A stretch of 63,475 nt of DNA from Candidatus Jacksonbacteria bacterium RIFCSPLOWO2_02_FULL_44_20 (GCA_001818155.1 MHJU01000017.1:1-63475), one strand, 5' to 3'; numbered from the stretch's first letter, positions 19,509 to 29,968 are shown. The notes: a model not told the origin generated them from the sequence alone. A program made the numbers and translations.

Positions 19509-20293
19509 ACATACTAAACGCGATCGTCGCGAATAAAAAAAAAGAAATCGCCAAACGAAAAAAAATGCGTCCGCTTGCGTCTTTTGTTAAAACTCTTGGT
19601 GCCAGCGACCGAAATTTTCATCGCGCGCTCAAGAAGGGAAGAAACGACGCCAACCCGCGCCTTATCGCTGAAATCAAAAATGCTTCGCCTTCAGAAGGCA
19701 TTCTGCGTCCTTGTCTTGAAACAGACTTCCCCGAAATAGTCGCGGTCTATAACCGTTACGCATCCGCAATTTCTGTAGTTACCGATGAACGCTTTTTCCA
19801 AGGACATCTTGAATGGATAAAAAAAATCCGCGCTCTCACCAATCTCCCGATTCTCTGCAAAGATTTTATTATTGACGAATACCAAATTTACGAGGCAAGG
19901 AACTACGGCGCAGACTCAATTTTACTCATCGCGTCTCCGCACTGCGTGGATGAAAAAAAACTCACCGAGTTTGTAAAAATCGCCGGCTCTTTGGGCATGA
20001 GCTCGCTTGTAGAAATTCATAATGAAAAAGAAATAAAAACAGCCCTTAATGCTGGGGCTGAAATTATCGGAATCAATAATCGCAATCTGGAAACATTTGA
20101 CGTATCTTTAGAAATCACGCTCGCGCTCGCTCCGCTCGTGCCTCCGGAGTGCGTAATTGTGAGCGAGAGCGGCTTCAAGACGAGCGAGGAGATAAAAAAA
20201 ATGCACGGGTTAGCGGATGCCGTGCTTATTGGAACAACGTTTATGAAAGCAAAAAATATCGCTTCGGCATGCGCTAAGTTATTCCATTGTTAA
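19505..20293 (+). CDS. trpC: Indole-3-glycerol-phosphate synthase
   Basis: 'IAEIKNASPSEG', 'ISVVTD', 'KDFII', 'GINNRNL', 'VSESG'; no fused TrpF. Confidence 0.95.
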   Translation: MNILNAIVANKKKEIAKRKKMRPLASFVKTLGASDRNFHRALKKGRNDANPRLIAEIKNASPSEGILRPCLETDFPEIVAVYNRYASAISVVTDERFFQGHLEWIKKIRALTNLPILCKDFIIDEYQIYEARNYGADSILLIASPHCVDEKKLTEFVKIAGSLGMSSLVEIHNEKEIKTALNAGAEIIGINNRNLETFDVSLEITLALAPLVPPECVIVSESGFKTSEEIKKMHGLADAVLIGTTFMKAKNIASACAKLFHC

Positions 20294-21126
20294 TTGGGAT
20301 TATAGAGCAACCGAACTAATTCCCGCACAAAACATTCCCGCGCGTGTTTGGAGATTAAAAGACGCACTATGCTGTCGTGGCCGTCAGACGTCCACTCGTC
20401 GCTTTTCTCGCTCAACCACTGGCATCCCCACTTCACCATACTTCCGTATTCCGGAATTTTTTTCTGCTCTTCCGGCTCAATGTGCCGAGCAGTGTCTTCT
20501 AAATACTGATCCAAAATTTCCTTTGATAAACCACCATGGAGTGTTGGCTCAAGATCAATATCGCAATCTTGCCGCAAACGCGCTATGACGCACATCGCAC
20601 GAGCGGTGCTGACCCCATATTCCCATGAAAATATTTCTGCCGCGCTGATGACATTTTGCGCGCGTTCCTCTTTTAATAAAGACTTATCTTCAAAATAAGG
20701 ATCCATCAATATCTTCTGCATAACCTCGGCCGGAGAACCTTCTTTACTGTCACTTAACGCGCTACTTGCCAACTTTCCCGACTGATCCGTCATCGTTTTT
20801 AGTGCAAGATGGGCAAGGTGGGTCATTAGTTCAAATCTGCCGCCTTCTTTGCCAACCGCCGCCTGATTATAGCAGATCCTTTTTTTATCCATATCAATGC
20901 CGCACATCTCTTTTAGAGGCACCTGCATAAATTCATATTCACTCTCTACTTGGTGAAGCGCGTCCGTTAAGTCAAAAATTTTTTCTTTACCCTTAAAAAT
21001 CAACGCGCGAACGCGATATTTCTCTGGAACCGTTAATTCCATTAAAGAGTGCGCGCCGTCTATGGCATATTCTTTTATCGTGTGCGTCTTTTCATGCCCT
21101 CCCAAGACACCTTCCAAGATGCGCAT
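20290..21126 (-). CDS. Hypothetical protein
   Basis: 278-aa ORF 5 bp downstream of hppA; no family recognised. Confidence 0.6.
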   Translation of the reverse strand: MRILEGVLGGHEKTHTIKEYAIDGAHSLMELTVPEKYRVRALIFKGKEKIFDLTDALHQVESEYEFMQVPLKEMCGIDMDKKRICYNQAAVGKEGGRFELMTHLAHLALKTMTDQSGKLASSALSDSKEGSPAEVMQKILMDPYFEDKSLLKEERAQNVISAAEIFSWEYGVSTARAMCVIARLRQDCDIDLEPTLHGGLSKEILDQYLEDTARHIEPEEQKKIPEYGSMVKWGCQWLSEKSDEWTSDGHDSIVRLLISKHARECFVRELVRLLYNPN

Positions 21127-21131
21127 GAGTT

Positions 21132-23150
21132 TTATCCTCCTTGAATTTTTATCAACACACCGACAAGCAAGAGCGCCACGACATTGATGATTTTAATCAT
21201 TGGGTTGATGGCGGGGCCTGCGGTGTCTTTATAGGGATCCCCGACCGTATCGCCTGTAACCGCGGCCTGATGCGCTGGAGATTTTTTACCCCCATAATTC
21301 CCGGCTTCAATAAATTTTTTTGCGTTATCCCACGCGGCTCCGCCTGAAGTCATAGAAATTCCGACAAATAGTCCTGTGATAATACAGCCGATGAGCAATC
21401 CCCCAAGCGCTTGCGGCCCTAAAATTACACCTACTAAAATTGGCGCAACAACTGGAATAAGAGCCGGAAGTATCATCTGCTTTAATGCGCCGCTTGTAAC
21501 AATGTCAACCGCTCGGCTGTAGTCCGGTTTTGATGTTCCATCCATAATGCCCGCAATCTCGCGGAATTGCCGGCGCACTTCGTCCACCACGAGCCCCGCG
21601 ACTTTGCCAACCGCTTCCATTGCGTAAGCTCCAAAAAGGTACGGCAAGAGTCCGCCTATAAAAAGACCAACGATGACTTTCGGAGAGTCAAGAGAAAAAT
21701 CAAGAGAAACTCCACTGCTCTTGAATTCCTCAACATACGCGGCAAACAAGACGAGTGTTGCAAGCGCGGCAGAGCCGATTGCGTATCCTTTGGTAATAGC
21801 TTTGGTTGTGTTTCCTACCGCGTCCAATGGATCAGTAACTGCTCGCACATTCTCGGGAAGTCCTGCCATCTCGGCAATGCCGCCAGCGTTATCTGTGATA
21901 GGGCCATAAGCGTCAATCGCAACAATAATTCCTGTTAAAGAAAGCATCGCCACTGCCGCAATCGCAATGCCATAAAGCCCGGCAAGCGAATACGCTCCTA
22001 AAATTCCGGCGCAAATAACGATAATCGGAAGCGCGGTTGACTTCATACCGACGGCTAATCCCGCAATAACGTTTGTGCCGTGCCCTGATTCCGACGCTTT
22101 TGCGATTTGCTGAACTGGTTTATGTTTGGTTGATGTGTAGTACTCGGTAATACATACGAGAAGGCCGGTAACGGCTAAACCGATGATGGCCGAGAAAAAT
22201 ACCCTCCCGCCTTGTATGATATAAAAAAAATCAATACTTGTATCAAAAAAAACTTCTCCTAACCAAAAAAATCCAACTACAGACAATACACCACTCACGA
22301 TCAATCCTTTATAGATCGCCCCCATAATAGATTGTCTTTTGCCTAGTTTAATAAAAAAGGTTGCGATGATTGAACTGACAATGCCAATACTTCCCAAAAA
22401 AAGCGGATACAAAATAAACTCTGACTCGCCAGGAAATAGCAAACTGCCCAAAAGCATCGCCGCTACAATCGTAACCGCGTAGGTCTCAAACAAATCCGCG
22501 GCCATGCCGGCGCAATCCCCCACATTGTCTCCAACGTTGTCGGCAATCACCGCCGGGTTTCGCGGATCGTCCTCTGGAATGCCAGCCTCAACTTTGCCGA
22601 CCAAATCCGCGCCAACATCCGCGGCTTTTGTAAAAATTCCGCCGCCTAAACGCGCAAACACTGAAATCAAACTTGCGCCAAAACCAAGACCGATAAGAGC
22701 GTGTACATCACTTGTTAAGGCGTAAAATCCAGCAACTCCCAAAAGAGCTAAACTGACAACCAATAATCCGGTAACGGTTCCGCCTTTCAGAGCAACGTCC
22801 AGCGCCTCGCGTAAGCCTGTTTTTGCGGCTTCTGCCGTGCGCACGTTTGCTTTCACTGAAATCAGCATGCCGATCACGCCGGACGCGCCCGACAACACCG
22901 CGCCGACCAAAAATCCAAGCGCGGTTTTCACGCCCAAAAAAATGAGAAGAAGCGCAAATACCGCTATGCCGATAAACGCAATGGTCTGATATTGGCGTTT
23001 CAAATACGCCTTTGCGCCAGTTTCAATTGCGCACGCAATCAGAACCATTTTCCCATCGCCCTTTGGTTTGGCGAGAACTTTTTTGATGAGCCAGATGGAG
23101 TACAGAATGCCGATGGCACCGGCTATAAAAGGTATGAGTATTAGCGGCAT
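21132..23150 (-). CDS. hppA: Membrane-bound pyrophosphatase, predicted K+-independent H+-pumping type
   Basis: '[47 protein letters not shown]'; GNTTKA (Lys variant); '[10 protein letters not shown]'. Confidence 0.93.
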   Translation of the reverse strand: MPLILIPFIAGAIGILYSIWLIKKVLAKPKGDGKMVLIACAIETGAKAYLKRQYQTIAFIGIAVFALLLIFLGVKTALGFLVGAVLSGASGVIGMLISVKANVRTAEAAKTGLREALDVALKGGTVTGLLVVSLALLGVAGFYALTSDVHALIGLGFGASLISVFARLGGGIFTKAADVGADLVGKVEAGIPEDDPRNPAVIADNVGDNVGDCAGMAADLFETYAVTIVAAMLLGSLLFPGESEFILYPLFLGSIGIVSSIIATFFIKLGKRQSIMGAIYKGLIVSGVLSVVGFFWLGEVFFDTSIDFFYIIQGGRVFFSAIIGLAVTGLLVCITEYYTSTKHKPVQQIAKASESGHGTNVIAGLAVGMKSTALPIIVICAGILGAYSLAGLYGIAIAAVAMLSLTGIIVAIDAYGPITDNAGGIAEMAGLPENVRAVTDPLDAVGNTTKAITKGYAIGSAALATLVLFAAYVEEFKSSGVSLDFSLDSPKVIVGLFIGGLLPYLFGAYAMEAVGKVAGLVVDEVRRQFREIAGIMDGTSKPDYSRAVDIVTSGALKQMILPALIPVVAPILVGVILGPQALGGLLIGCIITGLFVGISMTSGGAAWDNAKKFIEAGNYGGKKSPAHQAAVTGDTVGDPYKDTAGPAINPMIKIINVVALLLVGVLIKIQGG

Positions 23151-23218
23151 AATAGTTGTCTTTGATATGCCGCACGCATTTTACGCACACGGAATATCGT
23201 CTATTAGTTTTTTCTCTT

Positions 23219-23995
23219 TTAAGAAATACCGATCTTCTCTTTTAAAAAAGCAATCACTTTTCTTCGGACAAGCATTTCATGCACATTGTCTATCAACGCT
23301 CTTGGATTTATGCGGTTCTCTGCATCTTTTACTGATCTAAACTGGCGCAAAAAAAGATCTGCCTCATCTTTAATCTCCTCTTCAGTAACCTCAATTTTCT
23401 CTTGTTCAGCAACGTTATGAATAATCGCATCTAACTGAACTCTCCGCATGGCCGATTCTTTTGATTCGCCGGGGTTTTCTAAAAGCTCTTCGGCAATATC
23501 TGAAAACTTGCTCGCTTTTACGATTTTTTCAAACATCTCGGCTGATTGTCGCGCGTTCTCTCTCTCTTCCTCTTCCAGACGAATGTTCTCTGAAATGTGA
23601 ATTTTCAGTTTCTTTTCAACGCGAATCTCGGAAAGCAAAGGCAGAGTTACTGTCGGAGCAAATACGGATTCTGCGGAGTATTCAACAGATTTACCCATTT
23701 TAAGCTGTATAGGAGTGATTTTCGGCGGGAGGGCCGGATGCAGATCGCGCTCTTGCAGGATTTTAAGATAAGAATCGTGTACGATTGAAGGAAACGCCTC
23801 TGTAAGAATTTCTTCTTCGCCAATTCTCTGTTTGATAATTTCGTACGGCGCTTTGCCGCGGCGGAATCCCGGAACAGACAGTTTCGCTCCAATCCTGTTC
23901 AATGCTTTTTGTATATTCTTTTCGCATTCTTCAAACGGCACTGTTACGGTGAAGATAATTTTTGACTCGCGAGGTTGTGTGGTAGCGTAGGTCAT
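23219..23995 (-). CDS. tig: Trigger factor, short form apparently lacking the FKBP PPIase domain
   Basis: Ribosome-binding motif 'VPGFRRGKAP'; C-terminal 'VAEQEKIEVTEEEI'; only 258 aa. Confidence 0.85.
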   Translation of the reverse strand: MTYATTQPRESKIIFTVTVPFEECEKNIQKALNRIGAKLSVPGFRRGKAPYEIIKQRIGEEEILTEAFPSIVHDSYLKILQERDLHPALPPKITPIQLKMGKSVEYSAESVFAPTVTLPLLSEIRVEKKLKIHISENIRLEEEERENARQSAEMFEKIVKASKFSDIAEELLENPGESKESAMRRVQLDAIIHNVAEQEKIEVTEEEIKDEADLFLRQFRSVKDAENRINPRALIDNVHEMLVRRKVIAFLKEKIGIS

Positions 23996-25254
23996 TGGGA
24001 AACATTCTCTGTATCATCGCCCGGCTCGTCATCCGAGATCTCAATAACCGCGTTTGTTTCACTCTGAACAATGTCAATCTTCCAAAGAGTAAGTTTCGCC
24101 GCAAGGCGCACGTTCTGGCCGCCTTTTCCGATGGCAAGAGACTGCTGTTCCGCCTTCACAGTGACCTTTGCGCGACGCTCATCTCTGTCAAGAATTTCAA
24201 CGCTATCAACCTTTGCTGGGGAAAGCGCCGAGGCGATAAACTTTTCATCGTTCGCGCTCCACTCAATAATATCAATCTTCTCTCCGTGGAGCTCGTCAAT
24301 CACAGCGTTTACGCGCGCCCCGCGCTGACCGACGCATGATCCGATCGGATCAATGTTCTCTTCGTTCGCCACTACAGCTATTTTTGAGCGAGACCCGGCC
24401 TCGCGCGCGACGGCTTTGATTTCCACAGTTCCGCTTTCAAGCTCCGGCACTTCAAGCTCAAACAATTTAGAAACGAGATCTCTGTGCGTGCGCGACACGA
24501 TCACCTCCGGCCCTTTCGGCGTCATCTCAACTCTCGCGATTACGAGTTTCAGGCGCCCTCCGATCCGATACTCATCGCCCGCCATTTGCTCTCTGTATGG
24601 AAGTATGGCGTTCACCCGGCCGATATCAATTATCACCACCGATCCCTCAACCCGTTGCACAACGCCGCTTACCATCTCTCCTTCCCGATTTTTATAAGTG
24701 TTAAAGACAATGGAACGCTCTGCTTCCCGTATTCTCTGAATAATAACCTGTTTTGCGGTTTGCGCCGCCATGCGGCCAAAGTCCCCGGGAACTTCAAGCT
24801 CCTCCTTATACTCATCTCCGACTTTAATATCAGGATATATTTTTTTCGCGTCTGAAATCGTGATCTGCGTTCGGGGATTGAATTTCAAAAGAACTTTTCC
24901 CTCTTCAATAAGTTTATCGTCGTCGTTCAAATCAACACCGTCCGCATTAAATTTTTCGTCATCGTGATCATGAAATTCCGGCATATATAACGCGGCTTTT
25001 TTCTTTTGACGGGCGAGTTTCAGGGCCTCTTCTTTAATGCGCGCCGACACATTTTCTAGAACCAGTTTCATGTCAAACACCCGGAAATTGCCGGTTTGCG
25101 CATCCAGTGTAACGTGGATATTTTGCAGTTTATCCGCAAAATCCTTGCGATATGCCGCCGCGAGCGCGAGTTCAACTGTGGAAACAACGGATTCTTCAGG
25201 AATCTGTTTTTCCTCGCAAATTTGTTTAATCACTGTATAAAGGTCCGGGGACAT
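23992..25254 (-). CDS. nusA: Transcription termination/antitermination factor NusA
   Basis: 'FGRMAAQTAKQVIIQRIREAER', 'AREAGSRSKIAV', 'AIGKGGQNVRLAAKLT'. Confidence 0.97.
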   Translation of the reverse strand: MSPDLYTVIKQICEEKQIPEESVVSTVELALAAAYRKDFADKLQNIHVTLDAQTGNFRVFDMKLVLENVSARIKEEALKLARQKKKAALYMPEFHDHDDEKFNADGVDLNDDDKLIEEGKVLLKFNPRTQITISDAKKIYPDIKVGDEYKEELEVPGDFGRMAAQTAKQVIIQRIREAERSIVFNTYKNREGEMVSGVVQRVEGSVVIIDIGRVNAILPYREQMAGDEYRIGGRLKLVIARVEMTPKGPEVIVSRTHRDLVSKLFELEVPELESGTVEIKAVAREAGSRSKIAVVANEENIDPIGSCVGQRGARVNAVIDELHGEKIDIIEWSANDEKFIASALSPAKVDSVEILDRDERRAKVTVKAEQQSLAIGKGGQNVRLAAKLTLWKIDIVQSETNAVIEISDDEPGDDTENVSQ

Positions 25255-25314
25255 AGAAAATTCAAAGTTCAAAATGCAAAATTGTTGCCGAACCTCGCTT
25301 TTGAACTATTTTTA

Positions 25315-25348
25315 CAAAAATGACTAGCCAGCTTTCGCTACTAGTCAT
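25315..25348 (-). terminator. Intrinsic terminator-like hairpin in the nusA leader
   Basis: Minus strand ATGACTAG-TAGC-GAAA-GCTGG-CTAGTCAT followed by TTTTG. Confidence 0.65.
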
Positions 25349-25370
25349 CAGAAAAACTACGACTAGCCCA

Positions 25371-25411
25371 AGTATAGCAGAGGTTGAAAAAGATGACAAG
25401 AGGAGTATACT
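25371..25411. promoter_or_regulatory. Overlapping divergent sigma70 promoters
   Basis: Minus strand TTGTCA-N17-TATACT with TGn extension (for nusA); plus strand TTGAAA-N16-TATACT ending 6 nt before ATG 25418. Confidence 0.55.
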
Positions 25412-25417
25412 GATGAA

Positions 25418-25762
25418 ATGTTCAAGTATATTCTTCAACGTTTTATATTAGACATCCTCTATTTCCCCCTATGGTGGTACACGCGGGGATTTACGCGGAC
25501 TATTAAATTTGCGTTAAGATCAGTCGCGGACGCGGAGCGGCAGATCGCGCTTGGGATTTGGCTCAAGGCAATGTTCAAGCCGATGTTTCAGGATTACACA
25601 TGGGAAGGGCGCATGGTAAGTTTTTTCATGCGAATCATGCTTTTGATTTTTAAGATTGTGATGTTTGGAGCATGGGTTATAGGCGCGATTCTTATAATTA
25701 TCGCATGGACAGGGCTTCCGATTATCGCAGTGTGGCTCTTGTGGCTCGCATTTCGCATATGA
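25418..25762 (+). CDS. Conserved hypothetical membrane protein
   Basis: 'YFPLWWYTRG', 'MFKPMFQDYTWEGR', TM C-terminus; ATGA overlap with ruvA. Confidence 0.75.
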   Translation: MFKYILQRFILDILYFPLWWYTRGFTRTIKFALRSVADAERQIALGIWLKAMFKPMFQDYTWEGRMVSFFMRIMLLIFKIVMFGAWVIGAILIIIAWTGLPIIAVWLLWLAFRI

Positions 25763-26334
25763 TCTCATACCTCAAAGGCATTCTAATCGCCAAAACTTCT
25801 GACACCGGAACTGTGCTAATAAACGACGCGATCGGATACGATGTGCGTATGAATCCAGTAGAACTCTCCGGGCTTATTATGCAAACACCTCTCGCTCTTC
25901 ATTGCTATCATCATATTACAGATCGCTCGCAAGAACTATACGGATTTTTATCGCCCCAGACAAAAGAAATTTTTATTTTACTTATTGAAAACGTCGCCGG
26001 CATCGGACCGCGCTCCGCGTTAAAAATTATCGCAAAAATTAACTCGGAGACTTTGAATAAAGCGCTCGCAACCGGAAACGCAAACGCGCTTTCAGAGATT
26101 GGTATCGGGCAAAAAACAGCGGAAAAAATCATCGCCGGACTCAAGGGAAAAGTTAATACTGTGGCATCAGCATCAGATAGCGTAAAAATCGTCCCTCCCG
26201 TCATGCGCGAAACGCTAGACGCGCTTGTGTCACTTGGATATTCAAAATCAGAAAGCGAACATGCGCTTCAGCAAATTGAGGCAGGAACCAAAAAAACGGA
26301 AATACTTATAAAAGAGGCTTTGCATTTGCTGTAA
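25759..26334 (+). CDS. ruvA: Holliday junction branch migration protein RuvA
   Basis: 'MISYLKG', 'IGYDV', 'LYGF', 'VAGIGPRSAL', 'GIGQKTAEKII', 'ALVSLGY'. Confidence 0.93.
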   Translation: MISYLKGILIAKTSDTGTVLINDAIGYDVRMNPVELSGLIMQTPLALHCYHHITDRSQELYGFLSPQTKEIFILLIENVAGIGPRSALKIIAKINSETLNKALATGNANALSEIGIGQKTAEKIIAGLKGKVNTVASASDSVKIVPPVMRETLDALVSLGYSKSESEHALQQIEAGTKKTEILIKEALHLL

Positions 26335-26338
26335 ATTT

Positions 26339-27403
26339 ATGTCCTTCACTCCAACACCGCACTCGGAACTCCTCCAAAGCCCATTATGGGGACAAGTGCA
26401 AACATCGGCTGGACGCCGTGTTTTTTATGTTAAAAATTGTTTAATCATAAAACACGCGCTCCCGTTTGGGAAAAGTTTGTTGTACTCGCCGCGGCCGATT
26501 ATTACTGACGAGAAAAAATTGAATGAACTCGCGCATAAGATCGCGGCAATCGCAAAACAAGAAAAGGCGATATTCTGGAAAATAGATGGGATACCAAAAT
26601 TACGAATTACTAATTACAAATTACTAAACTCTTCTACGCTCCAATATCCCGAGACATTTATTCTTGACTTGTCTAAAACGGAAGATGAACTCTTAAAAAA
26701 CATGAAACCCAAAACGCGCTACAACATCGGACTTGCGCGGAAAAAAAATATAACAATCAGGTGGTCGCAAAACTCTAGAGACATCCCGCTCTTTTATAAA
26801 TTACTTGATGAAACCGCGAATAGACAAAAAATCGCAATCCACAAAATGCAACATTATAAAAATATCCTCTCAATCTTTGCGAAAAAAAACGCGGCGGCTC
26901 TAGGCATTGCCTACTATGAAGACAAGCCAGTCGCCGCAAATCTTGTAACGTTTTACGGCGATGCCGCCACGTACCTCCATGGCGGAACCGAGCATTCACA
27001 CCGCAACCTCATGGCGCCGTATCTTCTACAATGGGAAACGATACAAGAAGCCAAACAGCGCGGACTGCGCTTTTACGACTTAGGCGGAGTTGCGGTACAC
27101 GGCGGCAAAATTAAAGAATGGGCGGGCATTACACGATTCAAAGAAGGATTCGGCGGCACGCTTACCGACATGGGCGAAACGTATGATGTGGTGTTTAATC
27201 GCGCGTGGTATGCGCTTTACAAATACTGCATCAGATTAAAGCGGATTAAATTCATGCATATGAAACAATGGATAGCATTGATCAATTACATAGGACAATT
27301 AAGACTCTATAGCACCATCGATATATTCATTATAATATGTTCACAATACCAATTGCTCTTGGGTTCAAACATAATCAAGTATGGGCTTTTTGGGCGCATC
27401 TGA
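26339..27403 (+). CDS. FemABX-family peptidoglycan interpeptide bridge aminoacyltransferase
   Basis: 'LLQSPLWG', 'MKPKTRYNI', 'ATYLHGG', 'YLLQWE', 'YDLGG', 'FKEGFGG'; atypical AT-rich tail. Confidence 0.88.
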   Translation: MSFTPTPHSELLQSPLWGQVQTSAGRRVFYVKNCLIIKHALPFGKSLLYSPRPIITDEKKLNELAHKIAAIAKQEKAIFWKIDGIPKLRITNYKLLNSSTLQYPETFILDLSKTEDELLKNMKPKTRYNIGLARKKNITIRWSQNSRDIPLFYKLLDETANRQKIAIHKMQHYKNILSIFAKKNAAALGIAYYEDKPVAANLVTFYGDAATYLHGGTEHSHRNLMAPYLLQWETIQEAKQRGLRFYDLGGVAVHGGKIKEWAGITRFKEGFGGTLTDMGETYDVVFNRAWYALYKYCIRLKRIKFMHMKQWIALINYIGQLRLYSTIDIFIIICSQYQLLLGSNIIKYGLFGRI

Positions 27404-27555
27404 CGATGGTTGTCTTCACAACAATGGTATGGTTTCAATTTTCACAGATCAAAGTACCGTACATAATAATAATCATTTTGGAAATACTGTCATATCCTCT
27501 AACGCCCCGCGCAAGCAATCCTCAAATGATAAATTTTTATAAACAGTCACCATGA
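27260..27555 (+). pseudogene. Probable remnant of a membrane-protein gene (N- and C-terminal pieces in different frames)
   Basis: AT-rich; 'MKQWIALINYIGQLRLYS' is read as the FemX tail, then a hydrophobic 72-aa ORF in another frame. Confidence 0.4.
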
Positions 27556-28202
27556 TTTTTCAAAATCGCGCCGACGCTGGCGAACAGCTTGGGCAAAAAC
27601 TGAAACACCTTAAAGGTGATAAAAATCTGCTTGTTTTAGGTCTGCCGCGAGGAGGCGTTGTTACAGCGGCAGAAATCGCAAGATTCCTCAACGCCCCGCT
27701 TGAGGTGATTATCTGCCGCAAAATCGGCGCGCCAGGGAATGAAGAGTTTGCGATCGGCGCGATATCGGAAAATGGGGGCGAGTTTTTAAATCAAGATGTG
27801 ATCACGGCGTACGGCATTTCGCAAAATTATATTGATGCAACAATCGCGCGCGAAACAAAAAAAATCGCCGCGTATCAAAACACATTTCGCGGCAGCGGGA
27901 AATCGCCTAACATTAAAAACAAAACCGTCGTCATCGCAGACGACGGAGCCGCGACTGGCTACACTATAAAAGCCGCAATTGACGCGGCGCGAAAACAGAA
28001 TCCGGAAAAAATAATAATCGCGCTTCCAGTTGCTCCGCTGGATACCGCGCGTGAACTCCACGCCCTTACCGATGAAATCGTAATTTTAGAAACTCCGCCG
28101 CATTTTCAAGCAGTAGGGCAATTCTACGCCGAATTTACCCAAGTGGAGACAGAAGCAGTCAAGGCACTGCTTCTGGAGAGCCAAAAACAAAAACCCCATT
28201 GA
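27552..28202 (+). CDS. Phosphoribosyltransferase (type I)
   Basis: 'FQNRADAG', 'GLPRGG', PRPP loop 'IADDGAATGYT', 'AVGQFY'. Confidence 0.9.
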   Translation: MIFQNRADAGEQLGQKLKHLKGDKNLLVLGLPRGGVVTAAEIARFLNAPLEVIICRKIGAPGNEEFAIGAISENGGEFLNQDVITAYGISQNYIDATIARETKKIAAYQNTFRGSGKSPNIKNKTVVIADDGAATGYTIKAAIDAARKQNPEKIIIALPVAPLDTARELHALTDEIVILETPPHFQAVGQFYAEFTQVETEAVKALLLESQKQKPH

Positions 28203-28239
28203 ATAAAGCATCGGGGCTTTTTAAGTCAATACCAATCCC

Positions 28240-29028
28240 TTACTCCACCTTGCTCAAAAGCCCCAACTCCCGCACGCGGCGGAACATGCGGGCGTAAAAA
28301 ATGGAGGCGAGAATAAGATAGACGAGGTTTAACACGAGCGCCCACCAAAAATGAAGCGCGGAGAAACCGCTTCCGGCAAACACGCCGCGCATGCCCTCAA
28401 ACACGTGTGTCGCGGGAATACTCCACGCTATGAACTGTAAAAATGAAGGCAAGATCGCAAGCGGATAAAATACCGCGGAGATCGGTTGCAATAAAAATCC
28501 AAGCGAAAACGCGAGTATCTGGGTTTCAGTGCCGTAGCGGAAAATAATCGCGGAAATAAAAATGCCGGCCGCAATTCCGAACAAAAACAGGTTCGCGATA
28601 AACGGTATGAGAGAAAATCCGAGCGTAAAAAGATTGAAGTGATAGAGCAAACCAGCAAGCGCGGAGATGTATCCGATGATAACGAATGTTTTCAGAACAC
28701 CGACAGCGATGCCCCCCAAAAGATACTCCCAAACTGTAAGCGGAGAGACGAAAAGATTAATGATATTGCGCGACCAAATGTCTTCCAAAAATGCAATCGT
28801 AACATCATGCTGTGACGTTATAAACACGCCCCACAAAATCACGCCGCCAAGAAGAAAGGAGGCGACGCCAGGCGCGTTCAACGCTGTTCTTTCTAAAAAT
28901 TGGCTCACAAATCCCCATAAGATAAGCTCCATCGTTGGCCAATAAAACACGTCCATCACCCGCGGGAGCGAGCGCTTTGAGTGGTACCAGTAGTGTAAAA
29001 TTATCGCGTTAATACGGTGGAGTTTCAT
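28240..29028 (-). CDS. ABC-2 type exporter permease
   Basis: About six TM helices; 'SAVFYPLAILP', 'PATHVFEGMR'. Confidence 0.88.
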   Translation of the reverse strand: MKLHRINAIILHYWYHSKRSLPRVMDVFYWPTMELILWGFVSQFLERTALNAPGVASFLLGGVILWGVFITSQHDVTIAFLEDIWSRNIINLFVSPLTVWEYLLGGIAVGVLKTFVIIGYISALAGLLYHFNLFTLGFSLIPFIANLFLFGIAAGIFISAIIFRYGTETQILAFSLGFLLQPISAVFYPLAILPSFLQFIAWSIPATHVFEGMRGVFAGSGFSALHFWWALVLNLVYLILASIFYARMFRRVRELGLLSKVE

Positions 29029-29082
29029 GGTTTTTAGGATATATCACAATCGGCAGATGAACAAACAAAAATGCCTTAAAAA

Positions 29083-29934
29083 TTAGACAGCGCTTGTGCC
29101 GCTTTGCCGATTATACACCGCCTGAAAATAATAGAACACCCACTGATTTGCCGATTTTCGCCCTTTGAAAAACAGGAGAGGCACGTCTGGAAACTCGGCG
29201 CACAAATCGCCAATAACGCGGGCGATAAAGGCGCCTTGGTAAAACTCGTTTTTTTCGGAAACAAAATCAGTGTACGATCCTTCAAACACAACGACGCGGT
29301 GAGGAAACTTTGCCATCTCCTGCAATTTTGCGCGAAACACATCAAGGTGCCCAAGCTCATGGAGAAAATTCTCGCGCGTCTTTCGTTCAACAATCGCAAC
29401 GATCGCATCGCCAATGCAAAGCGCGTAATCGCCTGATTGAAGCGGCGCGCGTCTTGTCTCTATCGCGCCAAACTGATACGGATACCGCTCGTTTGAGTCA
29501 ATGAGCACTGTGTACTCGGCTCGTTTGGTTTTAGGAATATACGCGCCGCGCCGTTCGGCAATACTGGACGATTGGGTAATCCAAAACACCTGCGTGTAAA
29601 ATGTGCCCGGATATTTTTTATATTCTCTTTGAAGAAAAATAAACCACGAGCGTTTATTTTTTGGACGGTTAAGAATAACCGTAAGCCGTTTTCCGTAACG
29701 GCGAATGGAAAATATGGCGCATTCATCAACTGGTTTGACTTTCGGAACCGTTTTTGATCCAACTATACCCTCAAACTTGCAAAAGACATTTTTTCCAGGG
29801 CCGGGCCATTTCTCCGCTGTACGCAAAAAAACAAAACTCCCGTGCTTTTCCTCAATAAAAAGCGAGAAGGGATATTTTTTATCGTCATTGCTTTTATAAA
29901 TGCGCCAGCGTAAGGGCAAGTTATGGGTAGGCAT
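29083..29934 (-). CDS. ERCC4 (XPF/Mus81-like) nuclease domain protein with N-terminal accessory domain
   Basis: 'IDSNERYPY', 'LQSGDY', 'IVERKT', 'VVFEG'. Confidence 0.85.
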   Translation of the reverse strand: MPTHNLPLRWRIYKSNDDKKYPFSLFIEEKHGSFVFLRTAEKWPGPGKNVFCKFEGIVGSKTVPKVKPVDECAIFSIRRYGKRLTVILNRPKNKRSWFIFLQREYKKYPGTFYTQVFWITQSSSIAERRGAYIPKTKRAEYTVLIDSNERYPYQFGAIETRRAPLQSGDYALCIGDAIVAIVERKTRENFLHELGHLDVFRAKLQEMAKFPHRVVVFEGSYTDFVSEKNEFYQGAFIARVIGDLCAEFPDVPLLFFKGRKSANQWVFYYFQAVYNRQSGTSAV

Positions 29935-29968
29935 AAAGATAAAAGCGACTGCTTTACTTAACTAAATA

